Below are positions 42,555 to 51,831 of a stretch of 55,814 nucleotides of DNA, one piece after another. The stretch lies in assembly GCA_045656885.1 (NCBI GenBank), contig JAZORZ010000063.1:1-55814 (forward strand), read 5' to 3'. Every line of letters starts with the position of its first letter. Position 1 is the stretch's first letter. A program made the translations under genes and the position numbers. The DNA is from Eubacteriales bacterium (GTDB taxonomy: Bacteria > Bacillota > Clostridia > Oscillospirales > CAG-272). The notes beneath the pieces were generated by a model. It was not told where the DNA came from and did not search any database. It saw only the letters and a list, made by a program, of their open reading frames with translations.

Positions 42555-43538
42555 ATGAAAAAAGCACTGAAAATTGTTTTGTGCATTGCTTTAGCACTTT
42601 TGGTTTTGGGGACGGGTATTGGACTGCACGCTTGGTGGCGTTCCGTCAAATGGCCGAATAAGGCGATTGAAATGAAAATGCATACCGATTTTCCCAAACC
42701 CGAGAATTTGCCAAACGGCAACGGCAAGCGCGTTAAGGTGATTCTTTTGATGGGGCAGAGCAACGCAACGGGCATTGGCCGCATCAAATATTTAGAAAAG
42801 AACACCACCCCCGAGCAGTTTGCCAAATATGAGAGCGGTTTTGATACGGTTCACATCAACTATTGTGTGGATAATCATACCAACTGCTCAAACGGAGAGT
42901 TTGTAAACGTTGATCTGGGTTGCAGTGTTTGGGATGACGTCTTTGGCCCCGAGGTCGGCATGGCAGAAAAATTCAGCGAGGCGTGGGGTGACGAAGAGGT
43001 CATCATTCTCAAGTACACCTATTCGGGCACGTCTTTGTATTATCAATGGTTGAAGTACGGTGAGCGCGGTGACATCTACAAGGCAATGAAGGAATATGTT
43101 GATACCTATATGACAGCTCTGCGTGACGCGGGCTACGATGCGCGCATCGGTGCCGTTTGCTGGATGCAGGGCGAATCCGACTCCTTTGAGCCCGTTGTTT
43201 ACAGACGTTACTACAAAGCGCAAAGCAATTTCCTTTCCTATTTGCGAGAGGATTTTGCCGAGTATGCCGAGGATGGCGGCATCTGCTTTATCGATGCGGG
43301 TATTTCGGATAGCCCCTGCTGGCCCGGCTACCAAGCCGTAAACAGTGCCAAAAAGAGAATGGCGGAGGAATCGGATATGAACTATTATTTCTCCACCATT
43401 GATGCAGGCCTTGAATGGGGCGTTGAGCCCGAAGAATCCCCCGACCTTGCGCACTACGGTGCGATGAGCACGCTCAAGCTCGGGCATTTGTTTGGCGAGT
43501 ACGTTATCGAAGCATACCGCGCGCACCATACAAAGTAA
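42555..43538 (+). CDS. Membrane-anchored SASA/CE6-like esterase, paralog 2
   Basis: LMGQSNA, FGPEVG, WMQGESD, DLAH. Confidence 0.85.
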   Translation: MKKALKIVLCIALALLVLGTGIGLHAWWRSVKWPNKAIEMKMHTDFPKPENLPNGNGKRVKVILLMGQSNATGIGRIKYLEKNTTPEQFAKYESGFDTVHINYCVDNHTNCSNGEFVNVDLGCSVWDDVFGPEVGMAEKFSEAWGDEEVIILKYTYSGTSLYYQWLKYGERGDIYKAMKEYVDTYMTALRDAGYDARIGAVCWMQGESDSFEPVVYRRYYKAQSNFLSYLREDFAEYAEDGGICFIDAGISDSPCWPGYQAVNSAKKRMAEESDMNYYFSTIDAGLEWGVEPEESPDLAHYGAMSTLKLGHLFGEYVIEAYRAHHTK

Positions 43539-43545
43539 AAAATAC

Positions 43546-43574
43546 TTGACAAACCCATAAAAATGTGTTATACT
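43546..43574 (+). promoter_or_regulatory. sigA promoter upstream of the riboswitch
   Basis: TTGACA-17-TATACT with an extended TG. Confidence 0.75.
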
Positions 43575-43600
43575 GTTTGGGCAAAGCAGAATGCTTTGCC

Positions 43601-43671
43601 TCAATAGGTATATTCTTGCAATATGGGCAAGTGTTTCTACAAACCACCGATAATGGTTGACTACCGGATGA
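43601..43671 (+). ncRNA. Purine riboswitch aptamer, guanine-type (C at the specificity position)
   Basis: P1 GGTA/TACC; P2 CTTGC-AATATGG-GCAAG; J2/3 GTTTCTAC; P3 AACCA-CCGATAA-TGGTT; J3/1 GACT. Confidence 0.9.
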
Positions 43672-43698
43672 ATTTTCCGTAGTCAACCATATTTTTTT
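43653..43698 (+). terminator. Riboswitch expression-platform terminator overlapping the aptamer
   Basis: ATGGTTGACTAC (43653-43664) pairs with GTAGTCAACCAT (43679-43690), followed by a T7 run. Confidence 0.85.
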
Positions 43699-43718
43699 AC
43701 ACAGGAGAAATTACCCCA

Positions 43719-44318
43719 ATGAATCTTTATCTTGAAATTTTCGGTTATATCGGCACGGCTTTTGTTATTGTTTCCATGATGATGACCTCGGTTATCAAAT
43801 TACGCATTTTCAATATGTGCGGCGCCCTCATCAGTCTTATTTACGCCGTTTGCGTTAACACCTGGCCCGTGGCGGTACTCAATGCCTGCTTGCTTTGCAT
43901 CAATCTTGTGCAAACGCTGCGGCAACTGCGCCACAAGTCGGATTTTACCGATCTGAAACTTGATGCCGATGATCTCACCGTACAACACTTTTTGTCGGTG
44001 AACGCAGAGGACGTTCAAAAATATTTTCCAAATTATCGCCTGCAAGCACATCAGGAAACCGAGATTCATATGATATACGTAGAGTGCGAGGCGGTCGGCA
44101 TTTTGGTGGGCACACGTGCAGTTGACGTGTATCGTATCGAGATGGATTACGTTGTGCCTAAATATCGTGATATTGCGGTTGGCAAATTTTTGTTTCCGCA
44201 ATTAAAAGAGCAGGGCGTCAATCTGCTCACAGCCGCAAGCGTCTGCCGTGAGCACGATCAATACTTGCAAAAGCTTGGCTTTAGAGAAGACAGCGGAATT
44301 CTTTTGAGAGATCTTTAA
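43719..44318 (+). CDS. YgjV-like membrane protein with a C-terminal GNAT-like domain
   Basis: IFGYIGTAFVIVSMMMTSVIKLRIFN at the N-terminus; MDYVVPKYRDIAVGKFL...YLQKLGF at the C-terminus. Confidence 0.75.
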   Translation: MNLYLEIFGYIGTAFVIVSMMMTSVIKLRIFNMCGALISLIYAVCVNTWPVAVLNACLLCINLVQTLRQLRHKSDFTDLKLDADDLTVQHFLSVNAEDVQKYFPNYRLQAHQETEIHMIYVECEAVGILVGTRAVDVYRIEMDYVVPKYRDIAVGKFLFPQLKEQGVNLLTAASVCREHDQYLQKLGFREDSGILLRDL

Positions 44319-44335
44319 TCAATGGGAGGCAGAAA

Positions 44336-46033
44336 ATGAAATTATTGATAGATGGAATCGAAACCACAGCAAGAGAGGGACAATCGCTTTTGGATATTAC
44401 CCAAGAGATGGGCTTGCATGAAGGCAAGCTTTCCACCGACCCCCTTGCGGCAAAAATTGCAGGACGTGTGTTTAACCTCAACTACATCCCCGTGCGCGAA
44501 AAGGACATCAAAGAGCGCGAATCGATGCGAAAGGCAATGGCGGCATCGGGTGGCGTAATCCGTTTGCTCCGTTACAGTGACCCCGTCGGCCGCGACGTTT
44601 ACAAGAGAACCGCGCAGTTCGTCCTCTTTTTGGCAGTGCGCCGTCTGTGGCCCAATGCACGTGCAAAAATGAGTTGCGTGGTTGGCTCGGGTACTTATTT
44701 TAAGGTTGAAGCTGCGGACTTTGATGCTAACCGCCTTGGAGAAGAAGTGAATCGCATCGTTGCCGAGAATATTACACTCCACCGCCGCAGAATGCCCACA
44801 ATCGAGGCGATTCAAAAATTTGAAAGCCAAGGAGAATTCGACAAGGCGCGCCTTTTGGGTTACCGCAAAAAAGAGAGAATAGACCTTTATGAAAGTGGCG
44901 ACTTTGCCGATTATTACTATGGCGAGATGGCACCCTCTACGGGCTTTTTGCGCTCCTGGGATATCATTCCCGCACCCGAGGGCTTCATTTTTGTATTCCC
45001 CGATGTTAACGATCCCGAGCGTGTATCCGAATACCGCGAGATGCCTAACCTCTTTTCGGTTTACACCGAGGGCAAGCGTTGGTGCGAGCTGATGGGCTGC
45101 GAAACGGTTGCCGACCTCAACGAGCTTGTCAAGTCGGGCGGCGTGCGCGAGCTGATCCGCGTCAACGAGGCGTTACACGAAAAGCGCTTTTCGCAAATTG
45201 CCGATATGATCTGCGAGAGAGGAGCCCGGGCGGTTCTTTTGTCGGGGCCGAGCTCCTCGGGCAAGACCACCTCTGCCAACCGCCTCGCAACTCAGTTGCG
45301 CGTGCACGGCAAAAAGCCGATTTTGATGAGTCTTGACGATTACTACCTCGACCGCGATCAAATCCCCGTAGGGCCTGACGGTAGCGTTGACCTTGAGCAC
45401 ATCAACACCATTGATGCCGAGCTCTTTGCCGCTCACCTCGGTCAGCTGCTCGCAGGAGAAGAGGTGGAGATCCCCACCTTCAACTTCAAAAAGGGAAAGA
45501 GGGAATGGGTAGGACACCGTATGCGCCTGTGCGACGATACCGTCATCATTGTAGAGGGCTTGCACGCGCTCAATCCCGTTCTGCTCCCCCGTGAGCTGGA
45601 TGCGGGCAAGGTGTTCAAAATGTACGTCAGCCCTCTGCTGCCCCTCAATCTTGACGACCACAACCGCATTGCAAGCAGATATTTGCGCCTGCTTCGCCGC
45701 ACCGTGCGCGACTACGAAACAAGGGGCTCCTCGGTTCAGCAAACGCTTTCCATGTGGGATTCGGTTCGCCGCGGCGAGGAAAGATGGATCTTCCCCTACC
45801 AAGAGAACGCCGACGTTATTTTCAATAGCTCCACGCTCTACGAGCTGGCAGTGCTCAAGCGTCACATCTTCCCGCTTTTGCAGGTCATCGGTGCCGATGA
45901 CGATTGCTACGACCAAGTACGCGCAATGGTCAAAATTCTCAACTATATCTACGAGGCAGACGTTGACGATGAAATTCCGCCCACAAGCATCGTGCGCGAG
46001 TTCATTGGCGGCAATAGTTTTTACCGCAAATAA
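44336..46033 (+). CDS. Nucleoside-kinase-like protein (ThrRS-N/TGS-like domain fused to a PRK/uridine kinase P-loop domain)
   Basis: LLSGPSSSGKTT, SLDDYY, IVEGLHALNP, RLLRRTVRD...RG, MWDSVRRGEERWIFPYQENAD. Confidence 0.85.
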   Translation: MKLLIDGIETTAREGQSLLDITQEMGLHEGKLSTDPLAAKIAGRVFNLNYIPVREKDIKERESMRKAMAASGGVIRLLRYSDPVGRDVYKRTAQFVLFLAVRRLWPNARAKMSCVVGSGTYFKVEAADFDANRLGEEVNRIVAENITLHRRRMPTIEAIQKFESQGEFDKARLLGYRKKERIDLYESGDFADYYYGEMAPSTGFLRSWDIIPAPEGFIFVFPDVNDPERVSEYREMPNLFSVYTEGKRWCELMGCETVADLNELVKSGGVRELIRVNEALHEKRFSQIADMICERGARAVLLSGPSSSGKTTSANRLATQLRVHGKKPILMSLDDYYLDRDQIPVGPDGSVDLEHINTIDAELFAAHLGQLLAGEEVEIPTFNFKKGKREWVGHRMRLCDDTVIIVEGLHALNPVLLPRELDAGKVFKMYVSPLLPLNLDDHNRIASRYLRLLRRTVRDYETRGSSVQQTLSMWDSVRRGEERWIFPYQENADVIFNSSTLYELAVLKRHIFPLLQVIGADDDCYDQVRAMVKILNYIYEADVDDEIPPTSIVREFIGGNSFYRK

Positions 46034-46168
46034 CCGAAACAAAAGATTTCCCCAATGTCAATCGATGTTGGGGAAATTTTGTTTTTTCGCCTATCCGCTT
46101 GCAATCCCCCTCAAAAAATGGTATACTATTCTCAACGACCAACACCGCGCGGCGGAAAAGGAGATTTT

Positions 46169-46852
46169 ATGAAAATTCAAGGCGCAATTTTTGATATGGA
46201 CGGCACACTTGTCGATTCTCTGTCCTTTTGGGACTGCTTTTGGAAGGATATGGGGGAGCGCTATTTCGATGATCCCAACTTCTCTATAGATGCCGCGCAT
46301 TTTGACGCTCACGTGCGCCCTATGATCTTCAGTCACGCCATTTCCTATCTGCACGGCTACCTCAAGGTGCCCTGCAGTGCCGAGGAATTCAACGGTTTTG
46401 CCGCCGCTTACGTTCACCGCTTTTACACCACCGTTGTCACGGCAAAGCCGGGAGCGCGTGAGCTTTTGACAGCTCTGCGCGAGCGCGGTGTGCGTGTTTG
46501 CCTTGCATCTGCAACCGATCGCCGCTACCTTGACATTGCCCTTGAAAGCTGCGGACTTGCCGCGTTTTTTACACCCGAGACGATTCTTTCCTGCTCTGAC
46601 ATCGGTGTGGGCAAGGAGCGCCCCGACGTATTCCTCGCGGCACAAAAGGTTTTGGAAACTCCCCTTGATGCGACTGCTGTGTTTGAGGATTCCGCCTTGG
46701 CGCTCGAAACGGCAAAGGGCGCGGGATTTGTCACCGTTGGCATTTACGATAGCCACAATACCGCACAGGAGCGACTCTCTGCCGCATCCGATATTTACCT
46801 CGGTAGGGGCAAAACACTCCTTGATGCGCTGGCAGAAATCGAGACCGAATAA
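46169..46852 (+). CDS. HAD-family phosphatase
   Basis: IFDMDGTLVDS, K..PDVF, VFEDS. Confidence 0.9.
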   Translation: MKIQGAIFDMDGTLVDSLSFWDCFWKDMGERYFDDPNFSIDAAHFDAHVRPMIFSHAISYLHGYLKVPCSAEEFNGFAAAYVHRFYTTVVTAKPGARELLTALRERGVRVCLASATDRRYLDIALESCGLAAFFTPETILSCSDIGVGKERPDVFLAAQKVLETPLDATAVFEDSALALETAKGAGFVTVGIYDSHNTAQERLSAASDIYLGRGKTLLDALAEIETE

Positions 46853-46968
46853 TTGGTTTGGCGGTGCAATTTTTCTTGACAAAACCCACCGCGTATTGTA
46901 TAATAATTATAGAAATCTAAAATGGGGTGGTGTGCGCCCCTTTTTATCAATCTTTTGGGGAGGATGCT

Positions 46969-47937
46969 ATGGCAATTGAACAAAAAATCAAAATTCTTGC
47001 CATAGTCGGCCCTACGGCAAGCGGAAAAACATCCATCTCGATAGAGCTTGCAAAACGTCTTGGCGGCGAGATCATCTCCTGCGACTCGATGCAGATCTAT
47101 CGCCGCATGGATATTGGTACGGCAAAGCCGACAGAGGAGGAAAAGTGTGGCGTGCCGCATCACCTCATCGATGCGGTCGAGCCGAGCGATGCCTTCTCCT
47201 GTGCCGATTACGTCACCATGGCGGGGGAGGCAGTCAAAGAGATTGCCGCGCGCGGCAAGCTGCCCATTCTTTGCGGTGGAACGGGACTTTATCTCGACCG
47301 TTTTTTGTGCGGTGAGATGGAGGAGACCCAAGCAGACGAAGCATTGCGCGCCTCTCTTTTTGCCTATGCCGAAAGTGAGGGTATCGAAGCTTTGCACGCG
47401 CGTTTGCGCGAGGTGGACCCCGAAAGTGCCGATGCCATTCACCCCAACAACGTCAAGCGCGTGGTTCGCGCACTCGAAATTTATGAGCAAACGGGCATTC
47501 CCAAAAGCGAGTTCGACCGCCGCTCGCAGGTTGTCGAATCTCCTTACGAGGCCACCGTTATCGGTCTTTTTTATCCGCGTCGCGAGGTGCTTTACGAGCG
47601 CATCAACCGCCGCGTAGATATGATGCTTGCCGACGGACTCTTGGAGGAAACCAAGCGCCTTTTGGACGAAGGCGTGTTTGAGGTCAACCTCACCGCCGCC
47701 CAAGCCATTGGCTACAAGGAGCTGCTCGGCTATCTTGGCGGCAGTGAAACCTTGACCGAAGCTGCCGAAAACCTCAAAACCGCCACCCGTCGCTATGCCA
47801 AACGCCAAATTACTTGGTTCTCGGCAAAGCCCTACGTCGAGTGGGTGGAGATGGAAAAGGACGGAGAACTGCGCTCTCTGGACGATGTCTGCGAGGAGAT
47901 CGTCTCTCGCTTTGAGAGAGAGGAGGGCAGACCGTGA
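46969..47937 (+). CDS. miaA: tRNA dimethylallyltransferase
   Basis: GPTASGKT, DSMQIYRRMDIGTAKP, GGTGLY, AIGYKE, TRRYAKRQITWF. Confidence 0.96.
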   Translation: MAIEQKIKILAIVGPTASGKTSISIELAKRLGGEIISCDSMQIYRRMDIGTAKPTEEEKCGVPHHLIDAVEPSDAFSCADYVTMAGEAVKEIAARGKLPILCGGTGLYLDRFLCGEMEETQADEALRASLFAYAESEGIEALHARLREVDPESADAIHPNNVKRVVRALEIYEQTGIPKSEFDRRSQVVESPYEATVIGLFYPRREVLYERINRRVDMMLADGLLEETKRLLDEGVFEVNLTAAQAIGYKELLGYLGGSETLTEAAENLKTATRRYAKRQITWFSAKPYVEWVEMEKDGELRSLDDVCEEIVSRFEREEGRP

Positions 47938-49184
47938 CGAGAAAAGGATTTTTGCAAAAGTATGCACTTCGTATTGCCGTTACCTTGGCAATGCTGGGGC
48001 TCATCGTCTATACGGTGGCACACGCCATGGGCTTTGCCATGGGCAACGTGCTCACCACTCCTGTGCGCCGCATCACCGATACGCAGATCACATCGGCACA
48101 AGGGTATCTCTTCCGCAACGAGGAGGTGCTTACCACCGCGGGCGAGGGATTGGTCGATACCTTGGTCGAAAACGGCACCAAGGTCGGCAAAAACGTCTCG
48201 GTCGCCAAGGTATGGTCAACCAATGTCGGCGGTGACGCGCTTGCTGCGGCACAGCTGAAGCTTTCGCGCATCAATCGCGCCATCCGCATCTTAGAGGATA
48301 GCCAACTCAAGGTGGGTACACCTCTTTCCGAGGCGAACAAATACCGCGCCGAATATATCGCACTCTACCGCGAGATCGCGGCGGCAACCGAGGAGGGCAG
48401 ACTCGACCGGATCCCTGCACTTGAAGAAAAGCTGCTTGTCGCCCTCAATCGCTACGTTTCTCTGGTAGGGGAGACCGACGAGACAAACAGCCATCTGCAG
48501 GAACTGCGCGAAGAAAAAGAGAGCATCATCGGTGCATCAAGTGCTACCGAGGTCAAGAGTGAAACATCCTCGGGGCTGTTTTATGACGGCGGCTACGTTG
48601 ATGGCTTTGAGAGCATCTTTGCGGCAACCGCACTGGAGGACCTGACTCCCGAAGCTTTGCATACCCTTGCCGAAAGCACCCCAACAATTTCCGAGGGACA
48701 AACCGTTGGCAAGCTTGTGTACGGCTACGAGTGGTATTTGGCAATGGAGCTTTCCCCTTCGGTTGCGGCGGGCTTTGCCGTGGGCAGGGAATATCGCTTT
48801 ACATTCCCCGAAAATGATGACATCACCGCAAAGCTTACGCTTGAAAAGCTGGTGAGGGGCGAGGGATCGGTGCTTGCCGTATTCCGTTGCGAGAGCCACC
48901 CCAACGACTTTCTCTTTTACCGCAAACAAACGGTAGAGATCACCGTTGGCGAGACCGAGGGCTTTTATATTCCCGAAACCGCAATCGTTACCGAGAACGG
49001 CATGATGGGTGTGTACGTGTTTGAGGAGAGCACCGTGCGCTTCCGCAAAGCCCACATCATTTGGATGGGTGAGGGCTATGCCATAGCCGAGCTCCCGGGC
49101 GAGGGATCCTTGACCGAGCTGCGCGAGAATGATATTTTGATCGTTTCGGGGAAAGATCTGTACGAAGGGAAGGTGTACCGATGA
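47934..49184 (+). CDS. HlyD/membrane-fusion-like protein of the yggS-sepF cluster
   Basis: N-terminal TM, lipoyl-like halves, coiled coil, SGLFY..VDGFE. Confidence 0.7.
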   Translation: MTRKGFLQKYALRIAVTLAMLGLIVYTVAHAMGFAMGNVLTTPVRRITDTQITSAQGYLFRNEEVLTTAGEGLVDTLVENGTKVGKNVSVAKVWSTNVGGDALAAAQLKLSRINRAIRILEDSQLKVGTPLSEANKYRAEYIALYREIAAATEEGRLDRIPALEEKLLVALNRYVSLVGETDETNSHLQELREEKESIIGASSATEVKSETSSGLFYDGGYVDGFESIFAATALEDLTPEALHTLAESTPTISEGQTVGKLVYGYEWYLAMELSPSVAAGFAVGREYRFTFPENDDITAKLTLEKLVRGEGSVLAVFRCESHPNDFLFYRKQTVEITVGETEGFYIPETAIVTENGMMGVYVFEESTVRFRKAHIIWMGEGYAIAELPGEGSLTELRENDILIVSGKDLYEGKVYR

Positions 49185-49879
49185 CGGCACTATCATACGT
49201 TGACCAAAACCTTGCCGCTATCCGTGCGCGCATCGATGCGGCGGCACAAAAAAACGGCGGTCGCGAGGTCACCCTTCTGGCGGCAGTCAAATATACCGAT
49301 ACCGACCACATCAACTATCTGCACGGGCTCGGTGTTAACGACATCGGCGAGAATCGCGTGCAGCAGCTCCTGGAGCATTGGGAGGCCCTTGATCGCACAA
49401 ATCTGCGCGTGCATTTCATCGGCACCCTGCAAAAAAACAAGGTCAAGTATATCATCGATAAGGTGTCAATGATCCATTCCTTGGATAGTCTTTCGCTTGC
49501 CGCCGAGATCGAAAAGCAGGCCGCCAAGCATGGCATCGTTATGGATGTTTTGGTAGAGATCAACAGCGGAATGGAAGAAAACAAGAGCGGAATTTCTCCC
49601 GATGATGCCGCGGCGTTTTGCCAAGAGATCGGTCAATTTTCGCACCTGAATTTGCGTGGATTTATGACAATGGCACCAAAATGCGAAAAAAATGAAGAAT
49701 ATCGAAAATATTTTCGCAAAACTTCGCAATTATGTCTTGACATTTGGCAAAAAACACTTCATAATATAGGTAGGCCCATTTTGTCGATGGGAATGTCCGA
49801 TAGCTTTGAGGTTGCTATCGAAGAGGGCGCGGATATCGTTCGCGTCGGGCGCGCACTGTTCGCGCCGCACGAAAATTAG
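49181..49879 (+). CDS. yggS: PLP homeostasis protein YggS/YlmE
   Basis: LAAVKY, IGENRVQ, HFIGTLQKNKVK, LSMGMSDSFEVAIEEGADIVRVG. Confidence 0.95.
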   Translation: MTALSYVDQNLAAIRARIDAAAQKNGGREVTLLAAVKYTDTDHINYLHGLGVNDIGENRVQQLLEHWEALDRTNLRVHFIGTLQKNKVKYIIDKVSMIHSLDSLSLAAEIEKQAAKHGIVMDVLVEINSGMEENKSGISPDDAAAFCQEIGQFSHLNLRGFMTMAPKCEKNEEYRKYFRKTSQLCLDIWQKTLHNIGRPILSMGMSDSFEVAIEEGADIVRVGRALFAPHEN

Positions 49880-49912
49880 TATTTTGTATGAGGAACATAT
49901 AGGAGGCACAAA

Positions 49913-50425
49913 ATGAATTTACTCAAAAGATTTGTTCGCAATGACAATGCGGATTTTGACGAGAGCTACGACGAGAACGAGCTGTACGTAATGCCCGAGG
50001 ATCTGGAGATCCCCGAGGAGACACTCAACGGCGTTTCCGCTTTGGAAAGCCCCGCACGCAAGGATCCCGAGTTCCGTCCCGCAAGCGCGGCAGATAAGGT
50101 ATCCCTGAAGCTGCTCCAACCCAAGAGCCACATCGAGGCAACCAAAATTGCCGACAAGCTCAAGGACGGTTGCATCGTTCTTCTCGACATCAGCCGTCTG
50201 ACCAAAGAGCAGGCACACCGCTTGGTAGACTTCTTGTCCGGTGTTGCATACGTGCTTGGTGGCGAAATGATCAGAACCAACAAGAACACCATCGTTATCT
50301 CTCCCTCCGGTGTTGATATCTCCGGCTTTGCTCCCGACGTAGAGGCACCCGCTGAGCCGCAACCCGTTGAGGAGCCCGCACAAGAACAAAGCGGACTCAC
50401 CGAGGAATACGAAGAGGAAGCATAA
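49913..50425 (+). CDS. sepF: Cell division protein SepF
   Basis: IADKLK...VLLD...RLVDFLSGVAYVLGG...IVISP. Confidence 0.92.
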   Translation: MNLLKRFVRNDNADFDESYDENELYVMPEDLEIPEETLNGVSALESPARKDPEFRPASAADKVSLKLLQPKSHIEATKIADKLKDGCIVLLDISRLTKEQAHRLVDFLSGVAYVLGGEMIRTNKNTIVISPSGVDISGFAPDVEAPAEPQPVEEPAQEQSGLTEEYEEEA

Positions 50426-50507
50426 TTTTGCGTGATCCCATGCACAAAAAGGGCTGTTGCGATTTGCGTAACAGCCCTTTGCATTGAATTTTTCAAAGGA
50501 GAACCGT

Positions 50508-50786
50508 ATGTTATACGTGGTCAATCTTATCAAAAATATTGCGCTGGCACTTCTGAGCGTGTTGGATATTGCCATGTTTGGCAGAGCCATTCTTTCCTGG
50601 ATCGATCCGATGAGTGACGGACCCTTGGCGTCCTTTCTGTATGCCATCACCGAGCCAATCATCTTGCCCTTCCGCAAGCTGTTTGAAAAAAAGAATTGGT
50701 TTGTGGGGGTTCCCATCGATATGGCGTTTTTCTTTGCCATGATCTCAATCATCATTCTTCAAACGGTTTTGGAGGCACTTTTGTAA
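50508..50786 (+). CDS. ylmG: YggT/YlmG family membrane protein
   Basis: RAILSWI...LYAITEPIILPFR...PID. Confidence 0.9.
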   Translation: MLYVVNLIKNIALALLSVLDIAMFGRAILSWIDPMSDGPLASFLYAITEPIILPFRKLFEKKNWFVGVPIDMAFFFAMISIIILQTVLEALL

Positions 50787-51601
50787 TGGCGACGGAGAAC
50801 TCACGTGACCTGTTTGAGGCGCGCCTTGAGGACGCCGTTCGCAAATGCACCTCGGGGAGCGTGGCACAGGTTCCGTTTTTGACGATGCGCGAGCGTCGCC
50901 GTGCCGAACGCATTTTGAACGCTCGCGGAATGAGAGATGCCTATTGGTTTTGGGGCGGTCACAAAACCGCTGAGCGGACCTGTCTCTTTCTGTTGCCCGA
51001 TTATCTTGTTGCCATTCTACCCGAAGATGCCGCCGAGCGCGAAGCAGCTCTCCCTGATTACCTTGCCGAGGAGCTGACCGAGGCGGTGGTGTCTCTTTCC
51101 GTCAAGGGCAGCGGCTTTCGCAACCTTTCACATCGTGATTACCTTGGTGCTGTTTTGGGGCTTGGCATTGAGCGTGATGCCATTGGCGACATCGCCGTGC
51201 AGGATGAGCACAGTGCCATTCTATTTTGTCCGCGCACCCTTGCCGGCTTTTTGATAGGGGAACTCACCAAGGTGGGCTCCGATACCGTTCGTTGCCGTGA
51301 GTGCACTATTGACGAAACCTTTACCGACGGAAAGAAGTATCGCCCCATCAGCGATACCGTCGCATCTCCGCGACTCGATTGCGTGGTCGCCGCACTTTGC
51401 AACCTCTCGCGCGAAGCGGCACAAAACGCCGTACGCGGCGGACTTGTTGAGGTCGATTTCGAGCCCGAGGAACGTGTTGATACCGTCCTCGAGCCACCCA
51501 TTACCGTCTCTGTGCGCGGCTACGGCCGCTTTATTCTCCGCTCCTTCGACGGAGAGACCAGAAAGGGAAGGTTGCGCCTAAAAGCAGATCAGTTAGTTTA
51601 G
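50786..51601 (+). CDS. ylmH: YlmH/Sll1252 family S4-like RNA-binding protein
   Basis: LSHRDYLGAVLGLGIERDAIGDI, TVASPRLDCVVA, SVRGYGRF. Confidence 0.9.
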   Translation: MATENSRDLFEARLEDAVRKCTSGSVAQVPFLTMRERRRAERILNARGMRDAYWFWGGHKTAERTCLFLLPDYLVAILPEDAAEREAALPDYLAEELTEAVVSLSVKGSGFRNLSHRDYLGAVLGLGIERDAIGDIAVQDEHSAILFCPRTLAGFLIGELTKVGSDTVRCRECTIDETFTDGKKYRPISDTVASPRLDCVVAALCNLSREAAQNAVRGGLVEVDFEPEERVDTVLEPPITVSVRGYGRFILRSFDGETRKGRLRLKADQLV

Positions 51602-51610
51602 AAATAAGAA

Positions 51611-51787
51611 TGTGGGGGAAACTTCTTGCAAGAAGTTTCCCCCACACCCCTTTCAAGAACTCTCTAACAAAGGGTCTACAAAAACAAATCGTTCGTGTTC
51701 TAACAGACAGTCGACGCGAGGAGAAACCTCGCTTTGGCTACCGCAATTTTGTAGGGGCCACCGAGACCCTACAAAATAAGAAAGTTG
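51611..51787 (-). repeat. Dispersed structured repeat family A, copy 5
   Basis: Reverse orientation: TGTGGGGGAAACTTCTTGCAAGAAGTTTCCCCCACA...AGACAGTCG...ATTTTGTAGGGGCCACCGAGACCCTACAAAAT. Confidence 0.85.
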
Positions 51788-51831
51788 TTTAGGTACGCAA
51801 AGGGATAGCAAATGTGCTATCCCTTTGGTTT

